Source: an uncultured Actinomycetota bacterium
Lineage (GTDB): Bacteria > Actinomycetota > Actinomycetes > Propionibacteriales > Propionibacteriaceae
Assembly: GCA_963845915.1 (NCBI GenBank)
Contig: CAWJUB010000017.1
Coordinates: forward strand, 6,838 to 70,837
Direction of reading: 5' to 3'
Length of the DNA: 64,000 bases
The notes beneath the pieces were generated by a model that saw only the letters and a list, made by a program, of their open reading frames with translations, did no database searches and was not told the origin of the DNA. Position 1 is the stretch's first letter. Each line of letters opens with the position of its first letter. This document shows positions 11,635 through 21,248 of this stretch, piece by piece. The translations under genes and the position numbers were made by a program.

Positions 11635-12677
11635 TCAGACCTCATCAGCCCACGGCTCGAGCAGCTCCAAGAGCCAGCTTCGTACCGGGAATTCATACTT
11701 CGCGATCACGCTCAGCGGCGCCTCCTGCAGGGCACGCTCCCAGGCCAGGGCGCGGGTCACACAACCGGTACTCCGTGCCAGTCCCACCGACCACCGCAGC
11801 TCCTCAACACCGCACAGGCTGCTGAACGGCTCAAGGTAGGCGTCGCGAAGCCGCAGCAGGCGCGAGTCGTGAAATTGCCGCCCATCGACCGGCACGCCGG
11901 CCTCGAAGGCAATCGAGTTCAAGGTGGCGAGCATCGTGCCGAAGGGATGGCCTATTGACGCGTCACCCCAATCGATGATCCGGACAGACGACAAGTCCGC
12001 CATCTCGCCCGGCCAACCGACGTTGTTGGAGTGCAGATCATCGTGCTGCAAGCTGTCCGGAATCGGCGACGCGGCGAGCTCGGCGCACCGGCCCTCGTAC
12101 GCCGGTAGCACGCGTTCCAGCATGGCGGCCTGCTGCCGAGTCAACCCGCCTTGTTCGATTGGCTGACTGGCGAGCTTGTCCAGCAGCCGGTCGAACTCCA
12201 ACGGGAGTTGGACAGGACCTCGGTCCGGCGCCCCACAGGCAAGCATCCTGGAACGATCGGCGGCGAGGGCGAGCTGCGCCTCGCCGTATCGAGGAAGCAG
12301 CCGCTCCCAATACCCCCACAATGCGTCAGGCTTCGTTTTCGACCGGAGCATCGGCCCACCGTCTCGAGTAATCGACCACGCCACAGCGTCGTCGTCGCGA
12401 GCAGCTGCGGTGCCAGACCCGGACAAAGCTCGTCGAGCAGTGCTACTAGCTTGGCCTCGTACGCGGTCCCAGGACCATTCACCTTGAACCAGATGCGACC
12501 CTCGGTGGTTTCGAATCGGATGGTGCTAGACCAGACCCGAGCGTGGGTCTGCTGCCACTCGCCAGTGAGCCGGATACCGCCCGGCCCCAGCTGCGCCGCC
12601 ACCCATGTCCGAGCCGATTCGAGGAAGGCGCTGCTGGTCCATACGGCTACCGGATCGGGGGCTCCGTCGGGGCACAT
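11635..12677 (-). pseudogene. Aminoglycoside/choline-kinase-type phosphotransferase (APH family), one frameshift
   Basis: The N-terminal ORF (...IWFKVNGPGTAYEAKLVALLDELCPGLAPQLLA) and the C-terminal ORF (DDDAVAWSITRDGGP...LQHDDLHSNNV...IIDWGDASIGHPF) join only with a 1-nt shift. The shift lies in the GCGACGACGACG run near 12398. Confidence 0.7.
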
Positions 12678-12799
12678 CCTTGGACCTTAGATCAGCTGCC
12701 GGCTGGCGTCACTTGTTGATCTTGGCGTGCAGTTCAGATATTGCCGCGACATGCGAAGCGCTACACGGCTGTGCGGGCTGCGACGATGGAGGATAAGGC

Positions 12800-13693
12800 A
12801 TGGCCGCGACGCGGCAGGCAGTGCGTAAGCCGCAGACCGTGAACCCGGCGGCAGCTCGACCTGCCCGGCTGCGCGTGCGCTGGGATCGAGTAAGTGTGCT
12901 GGTGGCATTGCTGGCCGTTTTGACGACCGTTACCGTCCACGCCGTCATCTCTGCGGTCCAGGACGGCCTGCGAGCAATGTCGGCTGAATCACCGCCACCG
13001 GCAGAAACAACCATCGGTGTCGCCCAGCAGGCTCCAGAGGCACACCATAAGTGCCCGTCGCCTGCGGCCGCGGTCGTGCACACTGCACCGTCCGTAACCG
13101 ACGCCACAGTCCGGACCGTGGCGTTGACCTTCGATGATGGCCCAGGGCCGGCCACACCAGCCGTGCTCGACATACTGCAGAGGAATGGCGTGCACGCGAC
13201 GTTTTTCGTCATCGGTCAGCGGGTGGCCGCCGAACCCGACATGGTGCAAAGGATTGCCGCTGACGGGCACGCGTTGGGCAATCACAGCTGGTCACATCCC
13301 ATTCCGAGTGCGAAAGCCGGTTGGAAGCGCAGCACCGTGACAGCGGAGATCGAACGCACCAATCGCGCGATCTTGGCCGCCACAGGTCTCAAACCATGCC
13401 TGTTTCGTCCGCCTGGCGGAATCGTCAAGGGCGCCCGGAGAGCAACCCGCACTGCTGGCCTCTCGATGATCTTGTGGTCAACCGACCCCAGGGACTGGGC
13501 GGCCGCAGCAAGTAAGAAATCCGCCTCGGTCATCCGGAAGCGCGTCGCAGCGGGACTGACTGAGAAGCATCCGGTGATCTTGCTTCACGACGGCGGTGGC
13601 AACCGATCGGCGACAGTTGCCGCTCTGCAAGGGATTATCGACGACTACCGAGCGCGTGGCTACCAATTCGTCACCCTGGCCGCGCCGGGCTAA
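12800..13693 (+). CDS. Polysaccharide deacetylase (NodB homology domain), membrane-anchored
   Basis: The ATG follows GGAGGA. It has an N-terminal TM helix and the NodB motifs VALTFDDGPGP and HALGNHSWSHP. Confidence 0.85.
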   Translation: MAATRQAVRKPQTVNPAAARPARLRVRWDRVSVLVALLAVLTTVTVHAVISAVQDGLRAMSAESPPPAETTIGVAQQAPEAHHKCPSPAAAVVHTAPSVTDATVRTVALTFDDGPGPATPAVLDILQRNGVHATFFVIGQRVAAEPDMVQRIAADGHALGNHSWSHPIPSAKAGWKRSTVTAEIERTNRAILAATGLKPCLFRPPGGIVKGARRATRTAGLSMILWSTDPRDWAAAASKKSASVIRKRVAAGLTEKHPVILLHDGGGNRSATVAALQGIIDDYRARGYQFVTLAAPG

Positions 13694-13723
13694 CACACCG
13701 AGCTACCGGCAGGGTACGGGCTC

Positions 13724-15514
13724 TCAGGCTTCCAACACGTACGTGCCAGGCGCGTCCGCGATCGGACGGTACTTGCGGTTGCCCATTCGCGGTGGCTTGC
13801 GCATGCCCCCAGCTCGCGACGCAATCCATTCCGCCCAGTCTTCCCACCAGGTCACGGGATGGATAGTCGCGGCGGCCATCCACGCGGCCGGATCCGCGGG
13901 CAACTGCTTTTTACCTTCCAATACACGATGAATGGACTTCGGACTCGGGGGATTGACGATTCCCGCAATATGGCCGGAGTTTGACAGCACGAAGCGTACG
14001 TTCCCGGCCGGCAGCCGGGCACCCGCGTAGGAGCTCTTCCATGGCGCAATGTGATCTTGCTCAGCCGAGAGGAAATAGAGATCTTGATCAACTTTTGCAA
14101 GATCAAGACGCTCTCCAGCCAGCTCCATGACTCCTCGGGCAAGCTGGTTCTCCACATAGCAGCTGCGCAGATAGAAGGTGTGCATCTCGGCCGGCATTCG
14201 AGTCGAGTCATTGTTCCAGCTGAGTAGATCGAACGCTGCCGGCTCTTCACCCATCAGCCAGCTGCTTACGGCGTAGTTCCAAATCAGATCGTTGGTCCTC
14301 AGCAGGTTGAAGGACCGTTGCATGTCCTCCTTGGGCAAGAAGCCAGTGCGCTTCATGGTCTTCTCCAACCGCCGGATGCTTGCTTCGTCGGTGAAGATGC
14401 CAAGCAGGCCCGGCTCGCTGAAGTCGATCAAGGTGTTCAGGAACGTCGCCGAGTTGATCAATTCGAGCCCGACGGCATCGAGGTATGCCAGCGTCGCCAT
14501 CGTCAGCGTTCCACCGAGACAGAGGCCCAGGAGGTTGACCGTCTCTGCGCCGGTGATGTTGCGGACCACCTCAAGGGCCGCAATCGGTCCCGAGATCAGG
14601 TAGTCATCCATCTGCACATTGCGCATCCGCTCGTCCGGATTGCGGTAGCTGATCATGAAAACCGTGTGTCCATGATCGACGGCCCATTGCACCAGGCTGC
14701 GGCCCGGGGCGAGGTCCATGATGTAGTACTTGTTGATCCAGGGCGGGCTGAACAGCAGCGGAATCTCGTGCACCTGAGCGGTGCTCGGCGCGTACTGGAT
14801 CAGCTCCATCAAGTCGTTGCGGAAGACAACCTTGCCTGGTGTGACCGCCATGTCCTCGCCCACGGTGTGCACGCCCTGCACGACCTGCTGCGGGGCACCG
14901 CGATTGGTCCGGACGTCATGAACGAAGTTGCGCGCCCCTTTCGCCAAAGACAGGCCGCCGGTGTCCAAGGCCTTCTTGATCACTGCCGGGTTTCCCAGAG
15001 GGAAGTTGGTGGGAGCCAGCGCATCGATGATCAACTGCACCGCGAACTCCGCTTTCTGCTTGACTGCGGGCGGTGTTTCGCTGTCTCGGATTATCTCGAG
15101 CAACGACTGTTCCCAGTCGTGATATATCTCCCGAAGCCACCAATACCCGGCATTGCTGGTCCACGCCGGATCGGTGAAACGCCTGTCCTTGCCGCGCTTC
15201 GGTGCGTACGACGGGCTGCCGCCAGCTGCGCGGATGGCAGCAGCAGCAGTGGCGCGCAGCATCTCGCTCCCCGTACGAGTGATCACGCCGGCTACCTTGT
15301 CGGGGCGAGCCGCCGCGGCCAGGCCCGTGCGCAGCAGTGGCGAGAACAAAGAGAGTGGGTCGAGTCGGCCCATCAAGTCGCTGCCGTTGAGCAGATCGGT
15401 GCCTGCAGTCAGCAGCGGACCAAGTTGATCACGGACCGCCTCATCGATGGTGTCCCAGTCATCGTCGGCGCCGGCTGTTGGCCGGCCAGCTTGAGGGGTG
15501 CTTGCCTCGCTCAT
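13724..15514 (-). CDS. phaC: Class I poly(R)-hydroxyalkanoate synthase
   Basis: 596 aa with the lipase box GLCLGG (LLGLCLGGTL) and the PhaC N-domain pattern FDLLSWNNDSTRMPAEMHTFYLRSCYVENQL. It is uninterrupted. Confidence 0.9.
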   Translation of the reverse strand: MSEASTPQAGRPTAGADDDWDTIDEAVRDQLGPLLTAGTDLLNGSDLMGRLDPLSLFSPLLRTGLAAAARPDKVAGVITRTGSEMLRATAAAAIRAAGGSPSYAPKRGKDRRFTDPAWTSNAGYWWLREIYHDWEQSLLEIIRDSETPPAVKQKAEFAVQLIIDALAPTNFPLGNPAVIKKALDTGGLSLAKGARNFVHDVRTNRGAPQQVVQGVHTVGEDMAVTPGKVVFRNDLMELIQYAPSTAQVHEIPLLFSPPWINKYYIMDLAPGRSLVQWAVDHGHTVFMISYRNPDERMRNVQMDDYLISGPIAALEVVRNITGAETVNLLGLCLGGTLTMATLAYLDAVGLELINSATFLNTLIDFSEPGLLGIFTDEASIRRLEKTMKRTGFLPKEDMQRSFNLLRTNDLIWNYAVSSWLMGEEPAAFDLLSWNNDSTRMPAEMHTFYLRSCYVENQLARGVMELAGERLDLAKVDQDLYFLSAEQDHIAPWKSSYAGARLPAGNVRFVLSNSGHIAGIVNPPSPKSIHRVLEGKKQLPADPAAWMAAATIHPVTWWEDWAEWIASRAGGMRKPPRMGNRKYRPIADAPGTYVLEA

Positions 15515-15879
15515 CGCGCTCCCCGACCCTTGCGGTGTTTCAGAGTGACCCGACGCAGCGCCTGATACGCCTCAATCAACGAACGGCGCTGGGATGCGGT
15601 CAGATCAGGATCTGACTGAATCGCTTCGATCACCTCTGCCGACGCATCCTCCGGCTGGTCGCCGCGCAGCAAGTCGGCAGAAACGTTGAGAGACTCAGCG
15701 ATCGCCCGAAGAACCTCTTCCGAAGGGGCCCGAAGCCCGCGTTCAATCTGGGAGAGGTACGGATTGGAAATGCCAGCCATCGCCGCGACTTGACGCATCG
15801 ACAACTCGGCCAGCTCTCGTTGCCGGCGGATGATCTCGCCAAGTTTTAGCTGATCATCCGCCGACTGCTGTGTTGTCAC
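15511..15879 (-). CDS. XRE-family HTH transcriptional regulator, translationally coupled to phaC
   Basis: 122 aa with the HTH LSMRQVAAMAGISNPYLSQIERGLRAPSEEVL. Its stop and the phaC start overlap as ATGA at 15511-15514. Confidence 0.8.
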   Translation of the reverse strand: MTTQQSADDQLKLGEIIRRQRELAELSMRQVAAMAGISNPYLSQIERGLRAPSEEVLRAIAESLNVSADLLRGDQPEDASAEVIEAIQSDPDLTASQRRSLIEAYQALRRVTLKHRKGRGAR

Positions 15880-15896
15880 AGCACGAGCATACGGTT

Positions 15897-16184
15897 TTAC
15901 TTCAGGACGTCCCGCACGGCTGAGGTGTACGCCGCGGTGGCCTCGGTGATGAAGTCGTTCTGCGCCTTGACGACGGTGGTCACCCAGTCCAGCTGGGTGG
16001 CGTCGGCGAGCTGCTGCCGGTAGTCGACGTAGCTGGCGACAGTCTTCTCGTAGGTGTCGAGAGCTGCGCTGCCGGTCTTCTTGCCGGTCTCGATCAGCTT
16101 CTCGTTGAAAACGCGATAGCGCTCGTTAACGTCGCCAAAGCCTTCAGTGAGATCATTGATCTTCTTAGTTGTGGTCGTGGCCAT
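15897..16184 (-). CDS. Small helical protein, putative phasin / PHA-granule-associated protein
   Basis: The start is taken at MATTTTKK... (ATG at 16184, AAGGAG 6 nt upstream). It is 95 aa and amphipathic-helix rich, and sits immediately upstream of the XRE-phaC genes. The function is inferred from context. Confidence 0.5.
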   Translation of the reverse strand: MATTTTKKINDLTEGFGDVNERYRVFNEKLIETGKKTGSAALDTYEKTVASYVDYRQQLADATQLDWVTTVVKAQNDFITEATAAYTSAVRDVLK

Positions 16185-16237
16185 GATTGTGCTCCTTGGA
16201 TTGTTTGGGTACAACGAACACTATGTTAGCCAAAAAA

Positions 16238-16254
16238 CGCTAGCTAAGCTAGCG
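16238..16254. promoter_or_regulatory. 17-bp perfect palindrome in the divergent phasin / XRE-paralogue promoter region
   Basis: The palindrome is CGCTAGCT-A-AGCTAGCG, flanked by further TTAGC/GCTAA elements (gTTAGCcaaaaaa...ggaGCTAAt). It lies in a locally AT-richer stretch. Confidence 0.5.
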
Positions 16255-16335
16255 GAGCTAATGCGAGATGAGTCACATCCGCAGATCTCTACGATGGGTC
16301 CATGAGTCCTGCGCGAGGAGTCCTCGGAGAATCTG

Positions 16336-16732
16336 GTGGGCGAACTGATCCGGCAGGCAACGCAAGCTGGCCGAGCTGTCGATGCGTCAGGTCGCCGCGA
16401 TGGCGGGCATCTCCAATCCGTATCTTTCCCAGATCGAGCACGGTCTACGCGCCCCATCGGCCGACGTGCTCGAGGGAATTGCCGCGACACTGGGTGTTCC
16501 GGTCGACTCACTGCGTCCTCGCACCAGCGATGATGATCACGCCTGCTGATGGCGACGATGATCACGAAGCAGAGCCGCAACAGCCTGGTGAGCATGCCGC
16601 TACTCGTCACTGCGATTTCGGCTGATCCAGGACTGACGGCTAGGCAGCGCCGGGCTCTGATCGAAATCTATACCGCGATGACTGAAGCAACCGCCAGCCG
16701 ACGCTACGGCCGAAGCTCATAGGTCTTGATCG
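16336..16732 (+). pseudogene. Decayed paralogue of the XRE regulator (at least 2 frameshifts)
   Basis: Three frames together spell GELIRQ / QRKLAELSMRQVAAMAGISNPYLSQIEHGLRAPSADVLEGIAATLGVPVDSL / AISADPGLTARQRRALIEIY. This parallels 15511..15879 (GEIIRRQRELAELSMRQVAAMAGISNPYLSQIERGLRAPS...AIQSDPDLTASQRRSLIEAY). The breaks are near 16357 and 16550-16595. Confidence 0.65.
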
Positions 16733-16745
16733 AGGTTCAGGCGCC

Positions 16746-17097
16746 GTGGCCCAACAATTCGAGTCCGTCGATGACTACATAGCAAGCTTCCCGCCGGAGG
16801 TGCAGGCCGAGCTCCAGGCAGCGCGTCGCACGATTCATGCCGCGGCTCCGGATGCAGAAGAGTCGATCAGCTACGCGATTCCGACCTTCAGCGTGGCTGG
16901 CCGACCAGTCGTCTACCTCTCCGGTTGGAAGAAGCACATCAGCATCTACCCGGTGCCTGAGCTCGACGAGAGCATCGAGCCGACAGGTCGCTCCTTATCT
17001 GTCCGGCAAAAGCACGGCCAAATTCCCCCTCGGAAAGCCGATCCCCCAGGAGTTGATCACCGCTCTGGTCGAACGATTAGTGGCACAGCGAGGCTGA
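16746..17097 (+). pseudogene. DUF1801 (YdhG-like) family protein, one frameshift
   Basis: MAQQFESVDDYIASFPPEVQAEL...KKHISIYPVPELDESIE continues in another frame as QVAPYLSGKSTAKFPLGKPIPQELITALVERLVAQRG*. The break is near 16982. Confidence 0.65.
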
Positions 17098-17123
17098 CGG
17101 GCGCAGTAGGCCATCGTCGCGTC

Positions 17124-17149
17124 GGAAACCTACGTGCACGTAGGTTTCC
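17124..17149. repeat. 26-bp perfect palindrome between convergent genes
   Basis: GGAAACCTACGTG|CACGTAGGTTTCC is exactly self-complementary. Confidence 0.7.
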
Positions 17150-17195
17150 TCTGGTCTGCATAGCTAGCAACGCATGCACACCGTCAGCAACGAAG

Positions 17196-17211
17196 GTGCA
17201 CGTAGGTTTCC
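17196..17211. repeat. Half-copy of the 26-bp palindrome
   Basis: GTGCACGTAGGTTTCC repeats the right half of the palindrome, 47 bp downstream of 17124-17149. Confidence 0.6.
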
Positions 17212-17235
17212 GACCGGGGTACGCGAGGAGCGTCG

Positions 17236-18141
17236 CTAGCCGCCGAGAGGACCCGGGACAATCGCCGGCGGAGTGATCGGTTGTGTCTTGCGATAGACGC
17301 TGTTGACCTTGTAGGCGTTCTTCTCCATCTTCAGCGCATCCTGGCGAGCCTTCGCCATCTCGTCTGGGCTGAGGTGGCTGACCTTGGTCAGAACCAATGT
17401 CTCCTCTTCTGGATCATCGACGGCACCAACCTGGACATTTCCCACGTCTGGTGCGTAGAACTTCCGCTGGTGTCCGCTCTCGGGTTCCAGCGGACTGCGC
17501 TCATCGGTGATCATCACGTTCTCGTAGCAGCCGGCAGGCACACAAGTGTGCTGCTGCATCATGAACACCTTCGCGCAATCCAAGAACTCGATCTCCGGCG
17601 ACCAGCCTTGGAGATATTCCGGTGTTCCCAGCTGGGCATTCCCGATCATTGAGTTGCCCGGCTTGGCGTCATCTATCCCGGCGATCCAGACGTCTGGCGC
17701 GCCATCGAACTTGCCGTTCTCATACTCCTCGGGATATTCACCCATATTCCAAATGTTTGCGCCGCTGTCTTGCGCCTGGAAGTTCAGCTCGGCTTCTTGG
17801 ATGGTTCCTTCGTTGATGTCCTTCTCCAAGATGACAACCGTCCGTACGCCGTTGATCACCTTGGTGAGATCGGTGACGGTGGTGACCACCTCGTGAGGCA
17901 GCAATCCGCCGCCGCGGTCGGCCTGCCCATTCAAGGTGAACTGCGTGCCAGGAATCAAAGGATTCCATTTGTTGTCGATCTTGGTTGGGTTGGAAAAGTT
18001 GAAGGGCGTGAACGCCGTCACCGGGCTGCAGGGCGGCGGCTTCTCAGGATCATCACCATATGCCGCGACAGAATTCGCGAGCGTCAATAGAGAAGCAAAA
18101 AGAACGATCAGGACCGCAGGTCGGACCCTTCGGCTGGGCAT
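17236..18141 (-). CDS. Secreted hypothetical protein
   Basis: 301 aa with a signal-peptide-like N-terminus (MPSRRVRPAVLIVLFASLLTLANSVAAYG). Composition is normal and I recognise no family. Confidence 0.6.
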   Translation of the reverse strand: MPSRRVRPAVLIVLFASLLTLANSVAAYGDDPEKPPPCSPVTAFTPFNFSNPTKIDNKWNPLIPGTQFTLNGQADRGGGLLPHEVVTTVTDLTKVINGVRTVVILEKDINEGTIQEAELNFQAQDSGANIWNMGEYPEEYENGKFDGAPDVWIAGIDDAKPGNSMIGNAQLGTPEYLQGWSPEIEFLDCAKVFMMQQHTCVPAGCYENVMITDERSPLEPESGHQRKFYAPDVGNVQVGAVDDPEEETLVLTKVSHLSPDEMAKARQDALKMEKNAYKVNSVYRKTQPITPPAIVPGPLGG

Positions 18142-18328
18142 TGAGCCCCCCTTCCTCGGGGTAGGTACGTGTCAGCCCGTGGACGATTTCTGGGCGTCCC
18201 TCCCAATGCTCGGAGCATGCGGCGCTCACTGTGAAATACATATCGGTGGGCATCACATGAATCGTTATCGATTCGATGTATTGAACACGTATTTCGAGCC
18301 AAGCGGGTAGCAGTCGAGCGGAGACGCG

Positions 18329-19291
18329 TCACTGGGCCGACGTACGTGGTGCGGATGCCAGGCGGTGTTCTCGGGGACTCATTCCGCGCTCCCGACGAAA
18401 CGCGGCGCTCAGCGCAAAGGCGTTGCTGTATCCAACCTGGTGAGCAATGTGATCGAGAGTATGCGACGTCTCGCTGAGTAGGTCAGCAGCGAGTGCCAGC
18501 CGCCATGTGGTGAGAAAGGTCATCGGTGGCTCGCCGACGAGGTTGCCGAACCTGCGCGCCAGCCCCGCGCGCGACATCCCTACGGCAGCAGCAAGGCTGG
18601 CCAGCGTCCAGGGGCGGTCGGGATTGTGTTGGATCAGCAGCAAGGCGCGACCGACGACCGGATCACTCTGGGCGCGGTACCAGCCTGGCGGCATGGCGTC
18701 CGGGCGATCGAACCAAGCTCGCAGGGTCGAAACCAGCAGCAGATCAAGAAGCCGATCAAGGACCGCCTGCTGGCCGAGTTGATCTTTCCCCATCTCGTTA
18801 GCCAGCACGTCGATCAGCGTCTGATCGGTCTCCGCGTACTGGACATGAACGACCGGCGGCAGCGCGGCGAGTAGCCGCTGGCTAATCGCGCCGGGCGCCA
18901 CATAAGTGCCCGTCAGGAGGAGAGTTGCCTCGACAACTCCATCGGATGCATTGCCCCAGGTGCGTACCCCGGTGCCTGCCTGCCAGTCGAGTTCGCCGCC
19001 ATCGAGGCTGGTGCAGGACTGGTCTGGATGAATGAGGGCCTGAGGTGGCGTAGCCGGGTGATCGGCCACCGTGTAGTGGTCAGGTCCGCGTAGGACGACG
19101 GCGTCGCCTTTGCTGATGCGGACCGGGTCGGCGTCGTCCGGCAAGATCCAAGCGTGGCCGCGGACGACAGCCACGAGGGCAAGCGGCGCCTCGTCCTGCA
19201 CTCGGATCGACCAAGGTGGAACGAGGACCGAACGCAGCAGGAATGCACGCCGCGCCCGAGGGCCATCCAGCAACCCAGCGATCACATCCAT
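18329..19291 (-). CDS. AraC-family transcriptional regulator with N-terminal cupin-type domain
   Basis: 320 aa. The C-terminal AraC HTH region reads WTLASLAAAVGMSRAGLARRFGNLVGEPPMTFLTTWRLALAADLL...IAHQVGYSNAFALSAAFRRERGMSP. Confidence 0.8.
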   Translation of the reverse strand: MDVIAGLLDGPRARRAFLLRSVLVPPWSIRVQDEAPLALVAVVRGHAWILPDDADPVRISKGDAVVLRGPDHYTVADHPATPPQALIHPDQSCTSLDGGELDWQAGTGVRTWGNASDGVVEATLLLTGTYVAPGAISQRLLAALPPVVHVQYAETDQTLIDVLANEMGKDQLGQQAVLDRLLDLLLVSTLRAWFDRPDAMPPGWYRAQSDPVVGRALLLIQHNPDRPWTLASLAAAVGMSRAGLARRFGNLVGEPPMTFLTTWRLALAADLLSETSHTLDHIAHQVGYSNAFALSAAFRRERGMSPREHRLASAPRTSAQ

Positions 19292-19413
19292 CGCGACAGA
19301 GTAGACGATCTCACATGTTTGTGCGACTGCATGCCATGTCTAGTCGCAGATATCGATGCTGAACTCTGTCTCATGAATGCAATCCACGACACTGCACGTG
19401 CAGGCAATACCCA

Positions 19414-19917
19414 GTGGCCGGTGACCCGATGAGCGCGGGCCTGAACCTGCTGACCGGCGTGGCCGCGATTGGATCGGCAACGGTTGGCGGAGTTTTCTAC
19501 GGTTTCTCAACCTTCATCATGCGCGGACTTCGACAACTCCCGACCGCTTCGGGCACAGCTGCGATGCAGCAGATCAACCTTACGGCCGTGAAGCCTGGAT
19601 TGATGGCGGCAATGTTTGGTACCGCTGCCGCATGCGCAGCGGTAGCCGTCTGGACCGGTGTACGCGGGTCATCGCCTCGAAGCGTGGCAGTAATCGCTGG
19701 CAGCGTGCTCTACCTGGTTGGTGCGGTCGGAGTGACCGCCGCATACAACGTGCCCTTGAACAACGCTTTGGCCGACCTTGACCCGACGGCACCGGGAACC
19801 GACGCCATTTGGCGGGACTACCTGAGCCGATGGACGGCCGGAAACCACGTACGCGCACTCGCATGCTTGGCCGCCGCTGCGCTCTACACCTGGGCGCTCA
19901 CTACAGGCGAGGAGTGA
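19414..19917 (+). CDS. DUF1772 (anthrone-oxygenase-like) membrane protein
   Basis: 167 aa with four hydrophobic helices. The pattern GGVFYGFSTFIMRGL...AYNVPLNNAL...W..WNHVR is as I recall for DUF1772. It is divergent from the AraC gene. Confidence 0.65.
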   Translation: MAGDPMSAGLNLLTGVAAIGSATVGGVFYGFSTFIMRGLRQLPTASGTAAMQQINLTAVKPGLMAAMFGTAAACAAVAVWTGVRGSSPRSVAVIAGSVLYLVGAVGVTAAYNVPLNNALADLDPTAPGTDAIWRDYLSRWTAGNHVRALACLAAAALYTWALTTGEE

Positions 19918-19946
19918 GTAGAGGTGGTGCGGTTCCGAGCGGTGCG

Positions 19947-20891
19947 CTACTTCCACATGTGAAGACGTACGGTCGTCCCGGCGGTGGTGGAGCGCAGCTG
20001 CACAAGATCGCACTTGCGGTTCGCGGAAGCGAGTCCATCGCGGTCACTGGTGACGAGTGCCCGCCGACCCGCCAGCACGTCGTCGATCATGGTGCCGTCG
20101 GACACCTCGCAGATCAGCGCGTACGGCAGGTCCCAGACCCGGATGGTCCCGTCGATTGCCCCCCGGCGCAGACTGCAGGAGGCGAGCCGGCGTGAGGTGG
20201 CGGCGAGCTCGGTCACCTTGTCTGACCAGAGCCCGGCGCCGTAGGCCTCCAGGGTCACAAAGTTGAAGACCCGATCCACCGACTCGGTAGTGAAGGTGTA
20301 ATCGGCCGATTCGGCGTCCAGCTCGGGCAGCTCAGTGCCGAACATGGCCTCGACGTGGGCCGCACCGGCGTACTGGGAGTTTCCGTGATAGCGGTCGCCG
20401 TCCATGATCGCCGGGTGACTGCGATGAGCTTCCTTGATCACCGACGGGTCCAGGCTCTGCACGTCGTACGGGCAGATCAGCCAGAGCGGAATCTTTGGAT
20501 CGACGGCCACATTGAGCAAGGCCTCGTGCAGCTGGCACTCCAGAATCTCTTCCGGACGACGGCCAGCCCAAATAGGCTCGCCAATTCCGCGTACGGGACG
20601 TCCATAACCTGAATGCTGATCAACAAACTTTTGCCAAGCAGGAATAATGCGTGCGGGATTTCGGCCAAGCTTGGCCATGTCGACGAATTTCACTTTGCGA
20701 GACTGGGTGCCAAGGCTTTCGCGCAACCAGTTGGCATGGCGTCGCACAACCGCGACCATCACAGTCTCGCCCGCGGCGAGCCCGTCTTCGACGAATGGTG
20801 TGAGCACGGAGGCATAGTCATCCGCGTCGCGCCACATGAACGCTTCGTGCCGATAACTCTGTTGCGATCTTGGTGGTGCAGCTTGCGGCAT
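19947..20891 (-). CDS. MEDS-domain protein fused to an anti-sigma-factor/HATPase-like domain
   Basis: The start is taken at MPQAAPP... (AGGAAA upstream). The N-terminal YRHEAFMWRDADDYASVLTPFVEDGLAAGETVMV fits MEDS. The C-terminal ...IRVWDLPYALICEVSDGTMIDDVLAGRR...GTTVRLHMW fits an RsbW-like ATPase fold. Confidence 0.6.
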   Translation of the reverse strand: MPQAAPPRSQQSYRHEAFMWRDADDYASVLTPFVEDGLAAGETVMVAVVRRHANWLRESLGTQSRKVKFVDMAKLGRNPARIIPAWQKFVDQHSGYGRPVRGIGEPIWAGRRPEEILECQLHEALLNVAVDPKIPLWLICPYDVQSLDPSVIKEAHRSHPAIMDGDRYHGNSQYAGAAHVEAMFGTELPELDAESADYTFTTESVDRVFNFVTLEAYGAGLWSDKVTELAATSRRLASCSLRRGAIDGTIRVWDLPYALICEVSDGTMIDDVLAGRRALVTSDRDGLASANRKCDLVQLRSTTAGTTVRLHMWK

Positions 20892-21248
20892 ACGGTTTCC
20901 TGATGCAAATGGCGACTGGCGTCGGGTGGGGGTGCACGACACTGGTGCGGCCGCATCTCGGGGCTAAAATGCTTGCTCGCGAGTTCGCCGTTACTTTACC
21001 GAAACCATCGCGGTGCGCCAAAACCCGTTTCGCCGAAAATGGACACTTCGTGACGGGGATCACCGGTCGACGATCGGTTCTTTGCGGGATCGCGCAATCT
21101 TTTGATTGGGCCAGCGATACTCCGGAAGAAGGCAATCGCTAGACGTGAGAGCCGCTCGGCTGCGGCGAGGAGCGCTCCGAGGCGATCGCACCACGTTGGT
21201 TGGAAGACCGGTTTCGGCTGTGCGGTCCTGCCGACCTACAGTGGCGCC

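Noticed and set aside
14318-15565. A 415-aa plus-strand ORF.
   Set aside because: It is antisense to phaC, which has unmistakable synthase motifs.
21102-21248. The N-terminal extension of the LolA/RseB-like ORF (MIGPAILRKKAIARRESRS...).
   Set aside because: It is Arg-rich and precedes a canonical signal/TM segment that starts at the ATG at 21249. The shorter start is the more plausible one.
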